Positions 49,425-60,520 of a stretch of DNA of 64,000 nt are shown here, one piece after another; within the stretch, counting starts at the first letter, position 1, and the number at the start of each line of letters is the position of its first letter. The DNA lies in NCBI GenBank assembly GCA_002633005.1, contig NMRA01000771.1, positions 93,104-157,103 of the forward strand, read 5' to 3'. The notes beneath the pieces were generated by a model, which saw only the letters and a list, made by a program, of their open reading frames with translations, did not search any database and was not told the DNA's origin. A program made the translations under genes and the position numbers. The DNA is from Phoronis australis. Taxonomy: Eukaryota; Animalia; Phoronida.

Positions 49425-50417
49425 TTGTGTGTGCTCACCACTCAACAGTTATGTTGTGAATGAAACTTGGCTGCCAAATTTCTTGTTCTCATGACTTTTG
49501 TGGTCATGCAAATCGACTCTAATAAATATGTCCCCTATGCACAATGGGCCTTGGTGAGAACATGTTCCACTTGTGGGGTCAGGAAATTAACTTAAATTAA
49601 ACTTTTATTGTTATTTNTCTCATGACTTTTGTGGTTATGCAAATCGACTCTAATAAATATGTCCCCTATACACAATGGGCCTTGGTGAGAACATATTCCA
49701 CTTGTGTTGTCAGGAAATTAACTTAAATTAAACTTTTATTGTTATTTTCATATGCTAATTTATCAATTTTCCCCAATTCCCTCAATCAAAAGTCAGTTTA
49801 GTGCAAAACAGAGCAAGAAAGTGCATTTGGTGTCTTTGCCTGTTAAATGGCCCTAATTCAAAAATCCCAGTTTTTGGGTGGGCACATGCAATTGGCTTGA
49901 AAAATCAAAACTGGTCATCGCTTCAAGTTTTTACTTTGCAAAATAGGTCAGCAGGTGGAGAGGAACTATTCTGAAAAAAATTGGAAAATGTGATTTTATT
50001 TAAAAAAAATGGCAAAATTTCAAGTTTGAAATATTTCAAAGTTTTGGCACTAATTCTTCTCTCTGTCACAGATCAAAGTGAGAACAATAGTTTTTGTTGA
50101 ATATTTTTTCATTTTTTTGTAAAAATTTAAGAAAGAATTTTGTGTGACTGTGTACTTGGACCAGCTGGTGGCACAGGAGCCCGGCAGTTGGGTGTAGATG
50201 TGGTGCTTGCGATTAACTTTAGACACTCATTAATGCATTTCAAATGACAATTTAATGTTCATCAGCAACAATGTGCTACAGTGCAATTAAAAACAACTAC
50301 AATACATGCTTTTACAGGTACAACAACCCTCTCTCTGCCATGGCCAGTGCATTCTTCCAAGCTTTTAAGTTCCATTTTTCCAGTTGTCGTTTGGTTTTTG
50401 CTTTGGCTAAAAAACAG

Positions 50418-52405
50418 TTAGTAACTAAGTCAGTAGCTGTGGTCAGTAGCACTAGTAGATGCCATGTTTTCCGTACTGTACACAGATTTGTCAAACATAT
50501 TCGTGTTGGCCATCCTCTCCTTTAGGTAGTACCTGGCCTTTTTGTATTGTTGGCTCGACTTTCGTGTGACATGATAAAGCTTTCTGCAGTCCACATTTCT
50601 TAACTTTCTTTTCATGGCACTGTTTTCAGGCACGGATAGTCCTGATGCCTCGGCCAGCTTCACCGTGGATTTCCCTTGTCCCAGGGTTCTGGAATGTATG
50701 GCTGAATGGCACAGACCCTTGAAATTCCGTGTGTATCGCGAAGTTTTTGGTGCGTATGCATAAACTGCTGCATTTAAACTTTCGCAAATGTTCGTGTTGA
50801 ATAGATACTTCATATCTGCTAGCTGTTCCTGGTTGAAGTAGGAGTTGATTTTTGTTTGAATTGTTTTCAAGTCGTTCACTGAGTTCTAGATGCCGGTCAT
50901 AAGGCAAGTGGCTTGTTGTATAGTTGCTATGATGTGCAATGCACACAGATGATAGCTCGCGACATTGCTGGTGCTGTCCTGAAAAACAGCTAGTAACATA
51001 TTGTTCACTGCAGCAGCTCCAATTTTTAAAAATTCATCTTTTCCGATTTTTCTGTTTTTTAGGTTGATGTGCTCTTTTTGTATCCTAGATCGCACTGCAG
51101 ATGAAAGTTTCCTCTTATAACCGGTCTTGTTATGTGTCCTGGGCAAACTTTTCAAGTCCGCTTCGTTTACACTCTTTCCCATTCGCCTCAACCTGTGAAT
51201 GAAGCATTTGTAGTATTTGGGTTTTTTTGTTTTTGCACTGTAGAAATCACGGATGGCCTTTGCCTCTTGACTACTGGCATCAGTCGTAATGCTCCTGATA
51301 TTCAGGTCCACACCACTGTTTTCCACTGATCTGAGGCTGGCTTGTAACAGTGTGCGTTCACTTGATGCAATAGATTTTTCAGCTGGGTAGTTTTTGCTGC
51401 AGTCTTCATGCTTGCACCCGCGAATCCTGCAGTGTTTGTTCGCCGTGGCAAGGGCCAGTGGAAGTTTTCGGGTTGTTGTGTGCTCCACAAGTCCCCCGAA
51501 GCTCTGTTTAGCTTTCTCGCATCCACCCTGTGGTCTACTGGAGTAGGAAACGTCAAACTGAACGTCTGCAACACCTTCCCCGCCAGCCAGAGTGGTGACT
51601 TTCTTAACGTAGCGCTGGTTCTCAATCATTTGTTCTTCATTCAATTGAGTTACTGTTTGGCTTATGGCATTCATTTTATTCTGCAGGCTGCGATTGGATG
51701 GTGGCACAATATTCAAGCATGTCAGAATGTTGATTACATCCTCGATACCCACTTTTGACTTTAGCACAGGCAGTACAGCCTGGCTGTTCAAGGCTCCTGC
51801 TGGTGGCCCAGTCGTCTGCTTCTTNGATTCCCACTTTTGACTTTAGCACAGGCAGTACAGCCTGGCTGTTCAAGGCTCCTGCTGGTGGCCCAGTCGTCTG
51901 CAGCTTGACCTCATCGGACAATGGCACAGTGGGCGATTTATATTTGCAAACTTTGCAATGCAATGATGCGTAGACACATAGTCCCAGTCTTTTTTCAACA
52001 GTTAGTTCTAGTTTTCCAAATTTGCATGCAACCTGATGCACATGTCCTACCAGGCCTGTTAAGCGACGCACGTTAATGATGATATTCTCAGTCCCTTGCT
52101 GTCACGAATTTTTCTTTCTTTTTCAGTACTTGGCCTAAACCTGTAAGCTGTCACAGCAGCATCACTGTCAGTTAGGTACATGTAGGTGATATCCTCAGCT
52201 TCGAAATGTGCGAGTCGCACAGCCCTGCAACCGTCTATTGCTGCCTCGGACTGCCTTGGTATGCTGGAGCTGCAGTGGTCCATGTTGGAGGGTCTGTGTC
52301 CTTTTTTAAATTGGCTTTTCTTCTCCCTCTGCTCCTAGTCAAACTGCGTGTCTTTTCAGGATACATTGTGTGTNTAGTGAAACTGCGTGTCTTTTCAGGA
52401 TACAT
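50418..52405 (-). pseudogene. near full-length frameshifted transposase copy
   Basis: ORFs 50430-50879, 50886-51791, 51676-52071 and 52059-52283 tile the 621 aa protein. Confidence 0.85.
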
Positions 52406-52509
52406 TGTGTGTGCTCACCACTCAACAGTTATGTTGTGAATGAAACTTGGTTGCCAAATTTCTTGTTCTCATGACTTTTGTGGTTATGCAAATCGACTCT
52501 AATAAATAG

Positions 52510-52744
52510 TGTCGTGAACCTAGGTGGGTATTCGTCGTCCAGTTTCCTTGTTCGTATGAGTGTTATGGTCGTCCGGATATAGTTTTTGTCACGTGACTGG
52601 GGAGCTGCCTGCTGGTGTGGACCTTCGCTCTCTCGTGTGTTGTCCTCCATGGCAAGAGGACGTATTTCTGACAGCGTGTTTAAGTCAAGGAATGGACAAG
52701 GGTGAGTAGCCCGAAAGGAACCTAAATAGCCATCATTCACTACA
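52510..52744 (+). repeat. putative 5' LTR of Gypsy-2 (235 bp)
   Basis: Starts TGTCGTGAA where the Kolobok match ends, ends TTCACTACA (imperfect inverted termini), and is followed by a PBS. Only one copy is in the window. Confidence 0.75.
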
Positions 52745-52746
52745 TT

Positions 52747-52760
52747 TGGTGTAGTCGGCG
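52747..52760 (+). promoter_or_regulatory. primer-binding site (tRNA-Ser-like)
   Basis: TGGTGTAGTCGGCG lies two bases after the LTR and resembles the complement of the tRNA-Ser 3' end (TGGCGTAGTCGGCAGG). Confidence 0.75.
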
Positions 52761-53055
52761 GTTACTGCGTGCGTTACTTTCCCTTGTTTCTTTCACCGTG
52801 GCGCGGAATTTAAAGTTTGTTTACTAAATTTTCCGTGCGTCCTGGTACTGCCCCGTGGCGTGGAGGGTGGTAGCTGAAACCATGTGGTTTCAGTTTTGTT
52901 TTCGTTGTGTTGTAGGAGTATACATTTTTCTTTATATATATTATCAGTTTCTTGTTTCATGATTGTTTTTTTTTCTTTTCCAGATAGTTCATGGTATAAT
53001 TTAGTATATTTCAGTAATTCTCCTACGTTGTAGTGCCTTTTAAGCACCAATCATC

Positions 53056-54471
53056 ATGGCGTCCAAGATTCCGATTAATTCTTGTGATGCTGCGACATTA
53101 TTAGACCTTCCGGGTATGACTACTGATGTTGCTACTGCAGTAATCGACTTCAGAGCAATGTCAGCGATTACACCGGAGAATATAACTAAAATACATTCCG
53201 GTTGGAAGCCGACCAAGACGATGCAGAAACACATCGACTTCTCCATCCAGTCTGGTCTGCCAGAAGATTTAGTTAAAGTTGTAGAGTTGGTTGACAGTTA
53301 CGGTAAGGAAACACCATCCAAAACTGTTTCAGCTCTTGTATCATTCCCAAAATTGGCGATGAAATTTACCCCGTCCAAGACCAGCATGGTTAGTGGTGGT
53401 GCTTTTGAAAAATCAACCTCATCTCCACATACTAGCATGTCGTCTAAACCGGCGGGGGGTTCAACTAACTACTTGCAACGTGCTCCACGCAACCTAACTT
53501 TCAGTGGTAAGCTAGGCACTTGGGAAGACTTTTTCTGGAAGTTTGATAATATAGCCAGAGACAACTGTTGGTCTACTCAAAAGTGTCGTACTGAATTAGG
53601 TATGTGCTTAGAGGGAGATGCTTCTCGTTGGTTCGCCAACCATATTAGAGCCTTTCCAGATGCTACTTATAAACAGATCATCAAAGATATGATATATCGC
53701 TTTGGTGCAGAAATCGAGTGTAACGAGGTACACCAACTTAGATTTCAGTCAGCCAAACAAGCTCCTGATGAGTCGCTTGAGCTATGGGCTGACCGTTTAA
53801 CCAGTTTATTTTTATTAGCCTTTCCAGATGCTAGGGACTGTGACAAAGCTCAGGCTGTCCTTCGTTTCTGCTTGGGTTTGAAAGACAGAGAGGTTGCTCA
53901 ATGGACGATCAATAGCAAACCTGAATCAGTCATGGAGGCTTTGAACGCCACTCGTTGGTTTTCAACCACCAAAGACCTAATGACACCATCGAGACCTACC
54001 AAAGCTGTTTCCTTCTGTAGAGAAACTTTTTCAGGTGAAGAGGAGGAAGAAGTCTCGATTCGTCAACTAAGTAAGAAACTCACTCTCAACTTCATTCCTC
54101 GTGGCTCCTTGGAGTCTCGATTAGATGTTCTTGAGGGTAGGTGTAATGATTTAGATACATCAGTTTCATTTCTCAAGACTGATAACATTAAACTTCATAA
54201 GAAAGTCGATGAGTTGAAATCTGACTTGTCCGAATCTCGTGCTGAAGTATCGAGCAATTTTAATAAGTTGTTTGCCATGTTACAGACACAGTCGCCGAAG
54301 CGACCTTCTCCACCTTCACCAAGAGCTTCGCCAGATTCATCTCCGTGGAGACCTTCTAATCTTCCTAGATGTTTCAGGTGCGGTAAGCTGGGGCATTACC
54401 AGTCGAATTGTAGGAGTTCTCCAGTGGCAGCTCGACGTACTTTCCCCAGTGATGAAGATTTAAACGAGTAA
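53056..54471 (+). CDS. Gypsy-2 Gag with N-terminal helix-hairpin-helix-like motif, capsid region, coiled coil and CCHC knuckle
   Basis: IPINSCDAATLLDLPGM...ATAVIDFR at the N-terminus, FSGK..WEDF...L.G.A..W and Q..DESL capsid motifs, and CFRCGKLGHYQSNC. Confidence 0.9.
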   Translation: MASKIPINSCDAATLLDLPGMTTDVATAVIDFRAMSAITPENITKIHSGWKPTKTMQKHIDFSIQSGLPEDLVKVVELVDSYGKETPSKTVSALVSFPKLAMKFTPSKTSMVSGGAFEKSTSSPHTSMSSKPAGGSTNYLQRAPRNLTFSGKLGTWEDFFWKFDNIARDNCWSTQKCRTELGMCLEGDASRWFANHIRAFPDATYKQIIKDMIYRFGAEIECNEVHQLRFQSAKQAPDESLELWADRLTSLFLLAFPDARDCDKAQAVLRFCLGLKDREVAQWTINSKPESVMEALNATRWFSTTKDLMTPSRPTKAVSFCRETFSGEEEEEVSIRQLSKKLTLNFIPRGSLESRLDVLEGRCNDLDTSVSFLKTDNIKLHKKVDELKSDLSESRAEVSSNFNKLFAMLQTQSPKRPSPPSPRASPDSSPWRPSNLPRCFRCGKLGHYQSNCRSSPVAARRTFPSDEDLNE

Positions 54472-54520
54472 GGACTGGGGGCCAAGGTCTAACCCCAGTC
54501 CGTACCAAAACCAAAGACCT
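54459..54520 (+). promoter_or_regulatory. -1 programmed ribosomal frameshift signal (slippery heptamer + H-type pseudoknot)
   Basis: T TTA AAC at 54459, a 6 nt spacer, stem GGACTGGGG/CCCCAGTCC, and loop AGGTCT pairing with AGACCT (54515-54520). Duplicated at 54867. Confidence 0.8.
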
Positions 54521-54866
54521 CCCTGATAGTAAAAAATAGTTGGTCTGTTGGGTTACATGAAGAAACACATGCGTAATTCTTCAAGGCCCCACAGTTCAAC
54601 CAATGGTACAGTTTTTAAAACTGCTGAATCGTGTACTCAGACTAGTGAGTTCCCTGTTGCTTTAACTGATGAAATGGTGTCTTTACATAATTCCGCTAAC
54701 AGTGATAAAGTTTCAGACTCATTGGTTTCCTCGGTTGTGCCTAATGCTTTCATTCCTCAGAATGTTGTAGGNCTAGATGTTTCAGGTGCGGTAAGCTGGG
54801 GCATTACCAGTCGAATTGTAGGAGTTCTCCAGTGGCAGCTCGACGTACATTCCCCAGTGATGAAGA

Positions 54867-57800
54867 TTTAAACGAGTAAGGACTGGGGGACAAGGTCTAA
54901 CCCCAGTCCGTACCAAAACCAAAGACCTCCCTGATAGTAAAAAAATAGTTGGTCTGTTGGGTTACATGAAGAAACACATGCGTAATTCTTCAAGGCCCCA
55001 CAGTTCAACCAATGGTACAGTTCTTAAAACTGCTGAATCGTGTACTCAGACTAGTGAGTTCCCTGTTGCTTTAACTGATGAAATGGTGTCTTTACATAGT
55101 TCCGTTAACAGTGATAAAGTTTCAGACTCATTGGTTTCCTCGGTTGTGCCTAATGCTTTCATTCCTCAGAATGTTGTAGGTAATGTTTTGCCTGATCTCC
55201 CACCATCTCCAGGGGGGCTGTCTCAGGTTCTACCAGCTGAGGCGTGTGGTGTGGACGTTTGCGTTAATCCTACGATTCCAGCTGCAGACGCTGTTTTGCA
55301 AACTATAGAAATAAAGAAAACCGCTTTTGGGAGTATGTACTACATACCTATCATCATCAACGGGACAAGTATCAATGCGGTTATTGATTGTGGTGCGGAT
55401 AGTACTATCATTTCTCACCGGCTGTTTAAATTATTGACTGATGTAGAATTTTTTCATGACATCAATGTCCATACTGCGGGTGAGGATTTATCTATGAAAG
55501 GTTTCCGCACTAAACCTGTCACTTTAATGATCAGTGACCAGTCGCACCAATCTTCAGTAGTTGTGGCCAATATTAGCGATGATTGCCTTTTAGGCCTCGA
55601 TTTACTGAAGCAGTTGAATGCAGTTATTGACATGAAATCAGATTCCATAACTTTCACTAACGAGACTTTAGTTATGAATTATGGCGTACCTAGTAAATAC
55701 CAGCCTTCNACCAATCTTCAGTAGTTGTGGCCAATATTAGCGATGATTGCCTTTTAGGCCTCGATTTACTGAAGCAGTTGAATGCGGTTATTGATATGAA
55801 ATCAGATTCCATAACTTTCACTAACGACACTTTAGTTATGAATTATGGCATACCTAGTAAATACCAGCCTTCTGTTAAGCTGTCAAAAGGTGTGGATATT
55901 CCAGCAAATTCAGTTAAGCGAGTGGACTGTATAACTTGTCCAGTTACAGCTTCCACAGTCTATTTTGAACCAAGCTTAACCGTTGACCCTCGAGTTATGA
56001 TCCCTCGAGCTCTGCTTAATACGGAAAGCTCCCCAGTTTTATTGATTTTTAATTCTTCGGAGCACCATGTCAAGTTGAAGGCTGATTCTGTTTTGGGTTG
56101 TGTAGATTACATGGAGGATTGGGAAAAATGTCCTGTGGATCTGCTACCTACCCTCGAGAGTGGAACTACCGTCAACCAACTGTCTGCCGGTTCTTGTGAT
56201 TCATCTGTTGGTGCAAGTCTAATGGGTGAACTTCTCGAAAAGGTGGACGGTCTGTATAACAAATCTAGAAATTTATTAACTGAAGCACAATCATCTAAAC
56301 TGCATCAGTTACTACTAAATTATTCAGACGTTTTTGCTACAGATGACCTGGATCTGGGTAATTTTACAGCAGTTGAGCATAGTATTGACACAGGCGATGC
56401 TCAACCTATCAAAATGGCCATGCGACGTACACCAAGTTGTTTTGTGGCAGAAGAGGAGAGCCACCTTAATAAGATGCTTAAAGCTGGTGTCATTGTTCCT
56501 TCTTCTAGCGAATGGGCTGCAGCTCCTGTTCCGATTCATAAAAAAACTGACGGTTCAGTTTGTTACTGCATTGATTATAGAAAACTGAATAATGTCACTA
56601 GAAAAGATTCATGGCCTTTACCTCTTATCGATGAGTGTATTGACTTACTGTCCGGTAACAAATGGTTCAGTAAGCTAGATGCCAATTCTGCCTATTGGCA
56701 AGTTAAAATTCGAGAAGAAGATAGAAAAAAAAAACAGCTTTTATAACCAAATATGGGTTATTTGAGTTCAAATCCATGCCATTTGGACTCTGCGGCGCAC
56801 CTTCTACATTTTCCAGAGCAATGAGTTTAGTTCTCAGAGGGTTAAATTGGGACACAGTCCTTGCATTCCTCGATGATATGTTAGTGCTGGGGTCAACCTT
56901 TGAGGAGCACATTGCTAACTTGGAAGAAGTTTTTCAGAGGTTCCGGAAGTTTCAACTCAAATTGAAACCTAAGAAGTGTCTCCTTTTCCAGCAGCGTGTC
57001 GAGTTTTTGGGTAGGTGGGTAGAACCACACGGTTTGGAGATGGGAGACGAAAATATAGAAAAGGTTAAAAACTGGCCGGTTCCTCGAAGTAAGAAGCAAT
57101 GTCAGAGCTTCCTTGGGTTTGCAAACTATCACAGGACCTTCATTAAAGATTTTGCTGAACTTGCAGTCTCCTTATACAAAGTCACTGGAGCTTCCCCTTT
57201 TTCATGGTCACATGAACAGCAAGTGGCCTTTGACAATTTGAAGGAAGCATTGACAGTTCTGACTTTACCGAATTGTTCAGATGAATTTGTGCAAGATTGT
57301 GATGCTTCCGACCTCGCGATTGGAGCTTGTCTCTATCAGGTCCAAAATGGCATAAAACGCGTAATATCTTATGCTAGTTTTGCTCTGGTGGAGGAACAGA
57401 AGCGTTATTGTACCACACGTAAGGAATTGCTGGCAGTCGTTCGTTTCACACACCATTATAGACATTATCTACTCGGACGACAATTTCGTGTCCGAACTGA
57501 TCACAACAGCCTCACATGGTTGATGAACTTTAGATCCCCTAGTGGTCAAATTGCACGTTGGTTATTGCAGCTACAACAGTTCCCTGGGATGAAGATTGAA
57601 TACCGTCCAGGTGCAAAACACGTCAACGCGGATGTGCTCTCACGTATTCCTATGGACAGGTGCAACAATTATATAGTGGGTGTTCAGCCAAGCGATCTTC
57701 CCTGTGGTGGGTGCGGTAAATGCTGGAAATCACATAATGACTGACACAAGTTCTCATCTGAGGTGGATGATTCAACATCACTTGCCTTCCTTCCTAAAGT

Positions 57801-59677
57801 AGACAAATGTGTTGGTACTAGGCAGGTGACCACGAATCCTGGTTACAATCCCAAGCGGATTACTCAGTCACCTTTTCCGTGTGACTGTGACGAGACAGAT
57901 TTTGGTCTGTCCATTACTACTTCAGATGGTGAAGATAATGTAAAGTTTGATCTTAAACCTGATAGCTGTTTTATTTACAACAACACAACATCTCCTAATG
58001 TTCATTTGAATGTTTTGAATATTTCAGCTAAACAGACTGCAGATCCTGATCTTTCGTTCGTTATTAATTGGTTAATTAATCGTGAAGTGCCATCTGATCA
58101 TGATTTATTTCTAGCCAGCCCAGCTGCCAAGTTCTACTGGATTAACAAAGATTGTTTTCAGCGTTGTAATGATGTCCTCTTCTGGAAATCCCCAGAGGGT
58201 GGCCAGCTGTTAACAGTAGTTCCTGCAGTTTTAAAGATGACTGTTCTAGAAATGTGTCATATTATTCCTTCGGCAGCTCACCAGGGTATTGCTAGTACAA
58301 AACTTAAGATTAAGAGTAAGTACTTTTGGTATGGGTTGACCAAAGACGTGCAGCTGTTTATTGCGTCTTGTCCCGCATGTAACAAGAACAAACAGGGTAC
58401 AAGACATGGTCGGTCTCCCATGATTCGTTTTCATGCTGGAGCACCGATGGAACGGGTACACGTTGATTTTCTTGGTCCTCTACCCTTATCTCCACATGGC
58501 AATCAGCATGTGTTGATGATAGTTGATCAATTTACCAAGTGGGTGGAATGTATTCCCCTTCCTTCTCAGACTGCCGAAGTTACAGCTACCACAGCAGTAA
58601 ATGAATTTTTCACGCGTTTCGGGTATCCTTTCCAAATTTTCTCCGATCAGGGGAGGAATTTTGAAAGCAATTTATTTCGGGCTGTTTGTGAACTTTTGCA
58701 TATTCATAAGTCGCGCACAACTTCTTATCGACCCTCCGCAAATGGTCAGGTTGAGCGGTACAATCGAATACTTATGGATGCAGTAAGATGTTACGTCAGT
58801 GATTTTCAGACGGATTGGGATTTATATATTCCACAGATTGCCGGCGCGATCCGCTCTTCAGCAAATCGCCATACTGGGTTGACGCCTAATATGATGATGT
58901 TGGGTCGTGAGGTCACACAGCCGGTTGACCTCATGTTCCCTCTACCGTCTGCTCCGAACAACGTTTCATCTTCAGATTACGTTCTTAAGCTGCAAACAGC
59001 AATTTCAAAAGCGCATGAAGCGGCACGTCGTGTACTGCAAACTAGTCAATCTTCTATGAAAAAAGATTATGACCTTACTATATTTAAACGTGTTTTTCGA
59101 ACAGGCGATCTGGTGTTTATCTTTGACTCAGCTTCAGCAAAGCGTAAGAAGTTATCGTCTCCTTGGAGGGGACCTGGTATTATCACTGAAGTCATTTCAC
59201 CAGCTTTATATAGAATTCGTGTCAAGAATTCTGTGTCCGTGATTCATCATGATCGCATGAAATTATGTAAAACTGGTTATACAGATTTACCTGCTTGGCT
59301 TCAAAGAATAGTTAANTAAGTGTAAGAAGTTATCGTCTCCTTGGAGGGGACCTGGTATTATCACTGAAGTCATTTCACCAGCTTTATATAGAGTTCGTGT
59401 CAAGAATTCTGTGTCAGTGATTCATCATGATCGCATGAAATTATGTAAAACTGGTTATACAGATTTACCTGCCTGGCTTCAAAGAATAGTTAACGTTGTT
59501 AACATCGACACTAGCGCAAATGATCAGTTGTATTGCGTGTGTCGTCAGCCTGACCATGGTGGCCTCATGATTCAATGTGATTCATGTGATGATTGGGTAC
59601 ACGGTGAGTGTGTCAACATTACGGCTGATGATGCTCGTGATATGGACGTTTATTTGTGTCCGCGGTGCAAGCCTTGA
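54867..59677 (+). pseudogene. Gypsy-2 Pol (protease, RT, RNase H, integrase, PHD finger), disrupted
   Basis: IDCGA protease, FLDD RT, CDAS RNase H, H..H/CPAC + VHVDF/SDQG/VERYN integrase, and a C-terminal PHD. There is an A-run frameshift at ~56730, a TGA at 57742, and N-join duplications at 55709 and 59316. Confidence 0.92.
59527..59677 (+). CDS. PHD finger at integrase C-terminus
   Basis: LYCVCRQPDHGGLMIQCDSCDDWVHGECVNITADDARDMDVYLCPRC has the C4HC3 pattern and is in frame with the integrase tail SVIHHDRMKLC. Confidence 0.9.
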
Positions 59678-59700
59678 TTATATCTCTGTTTTTGTTCCAG

Positions 59701-60520
59701 AACCTGTTTTTTCGTGTGTGGATGTTCGTCTGAAGAATAATCCAGACCTACCGAAGATTACTGTCGTAAGTAGTCCAGATGTAGTTCAGGAAAATGTTCC
59801 TGAACCTATGGAAACAGTAGAAACTACTGACTCTGCCACATCCGTGGTTGACCAGTCTGTAGCTCCTCCTAGTGGTGACCGAGACTCGCCACCGGTATCT
59901 AGTCGTCCTAGTGAGGCATCCGCGTCCTCACCTTCTCCTTCCAAACATAAACCCAAGCCGGGAGATCTGATTTGTCCGCTCTGTAGTTTTTCAGCTGGAG
60001 AGGGCCTCCTACGGTCACACGCTCTGACAAATCATCTACCGGCAGTTTTTGATGTCGACTCGGTGTGTCGTCTCTCATCTAATGAGTTGCAGCATGCCCG
60101 CTTCGAAGCACTGAAGTCTCTGTTTTGGCAGATTGAAGGGCGGACCATGAACAACTACGAAGATCTTCTTGACCTCGCAGGTTTAGCCGTCCGCCGCGTT
60201 GCCAAACTGCCCCGTGTAACTCTGGAAGACGAGTTGCACCTAATGATCTCGTGCCGGGTACTGGGGTGGCCGATGCCAGTTACTCCTTTGTCAATTTCTG
60301 GCAGACTGCTTAATCCGGGCCTGTGCATGCACTGGTTTGTGGTGTTACATCTGATGGCTCGTGTGCCGGAGCCGAACCGTTCGGTGTGGGCCCTGTCTTT
60401 CGACTGTGGTTCAAAAGATGTGCAGTCCTTACCTCCGCCGTTGGTAAGTCAATCGACCGCGTCTTCTGCTGTAAAAACTTATGCAAGTGCCGCTCGAGCA
60501 CCATTGAAGGCTCCTGTACT
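59701..60520 (+). CDS. Gypsy-2 ORF3, N-terminal half (continues into TatD in the 35244-37020 copy)
   Basis: Open frame directly after the pol stop, preceded by a polypyrimidine tract and CAG (59683-59700). Near-identical to 35244-36004. Confidence 0.8.

Larger units (their letters stand above)
30175..52508 (-). mobile_element. tandem/nested array of a Kolobok-superfamily (KolobokP-like) DNA transposon
   Basis: One intact and at least five broken copies of the same transposase unit lie in one orientation. They are accompanied by TIR-bounded terminal modules and TTAA junctions. Copy number is inflated or uncertain because of N-joins. Confidence 0.75.
52510..60520 (+). mobile_element. Ty3/Gypsy LTR retrotransposon with extra ORF (Gypsy-2), inserted upstream of the Kolobok transposase
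   Basis: A TG...CA segment plus PBS, then gag, pol (PR-RT-RH-IN-PHD) and ORF3. The contig ends at the N at 60521, and no 3' LTR is seen. Confidence 0.92.
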
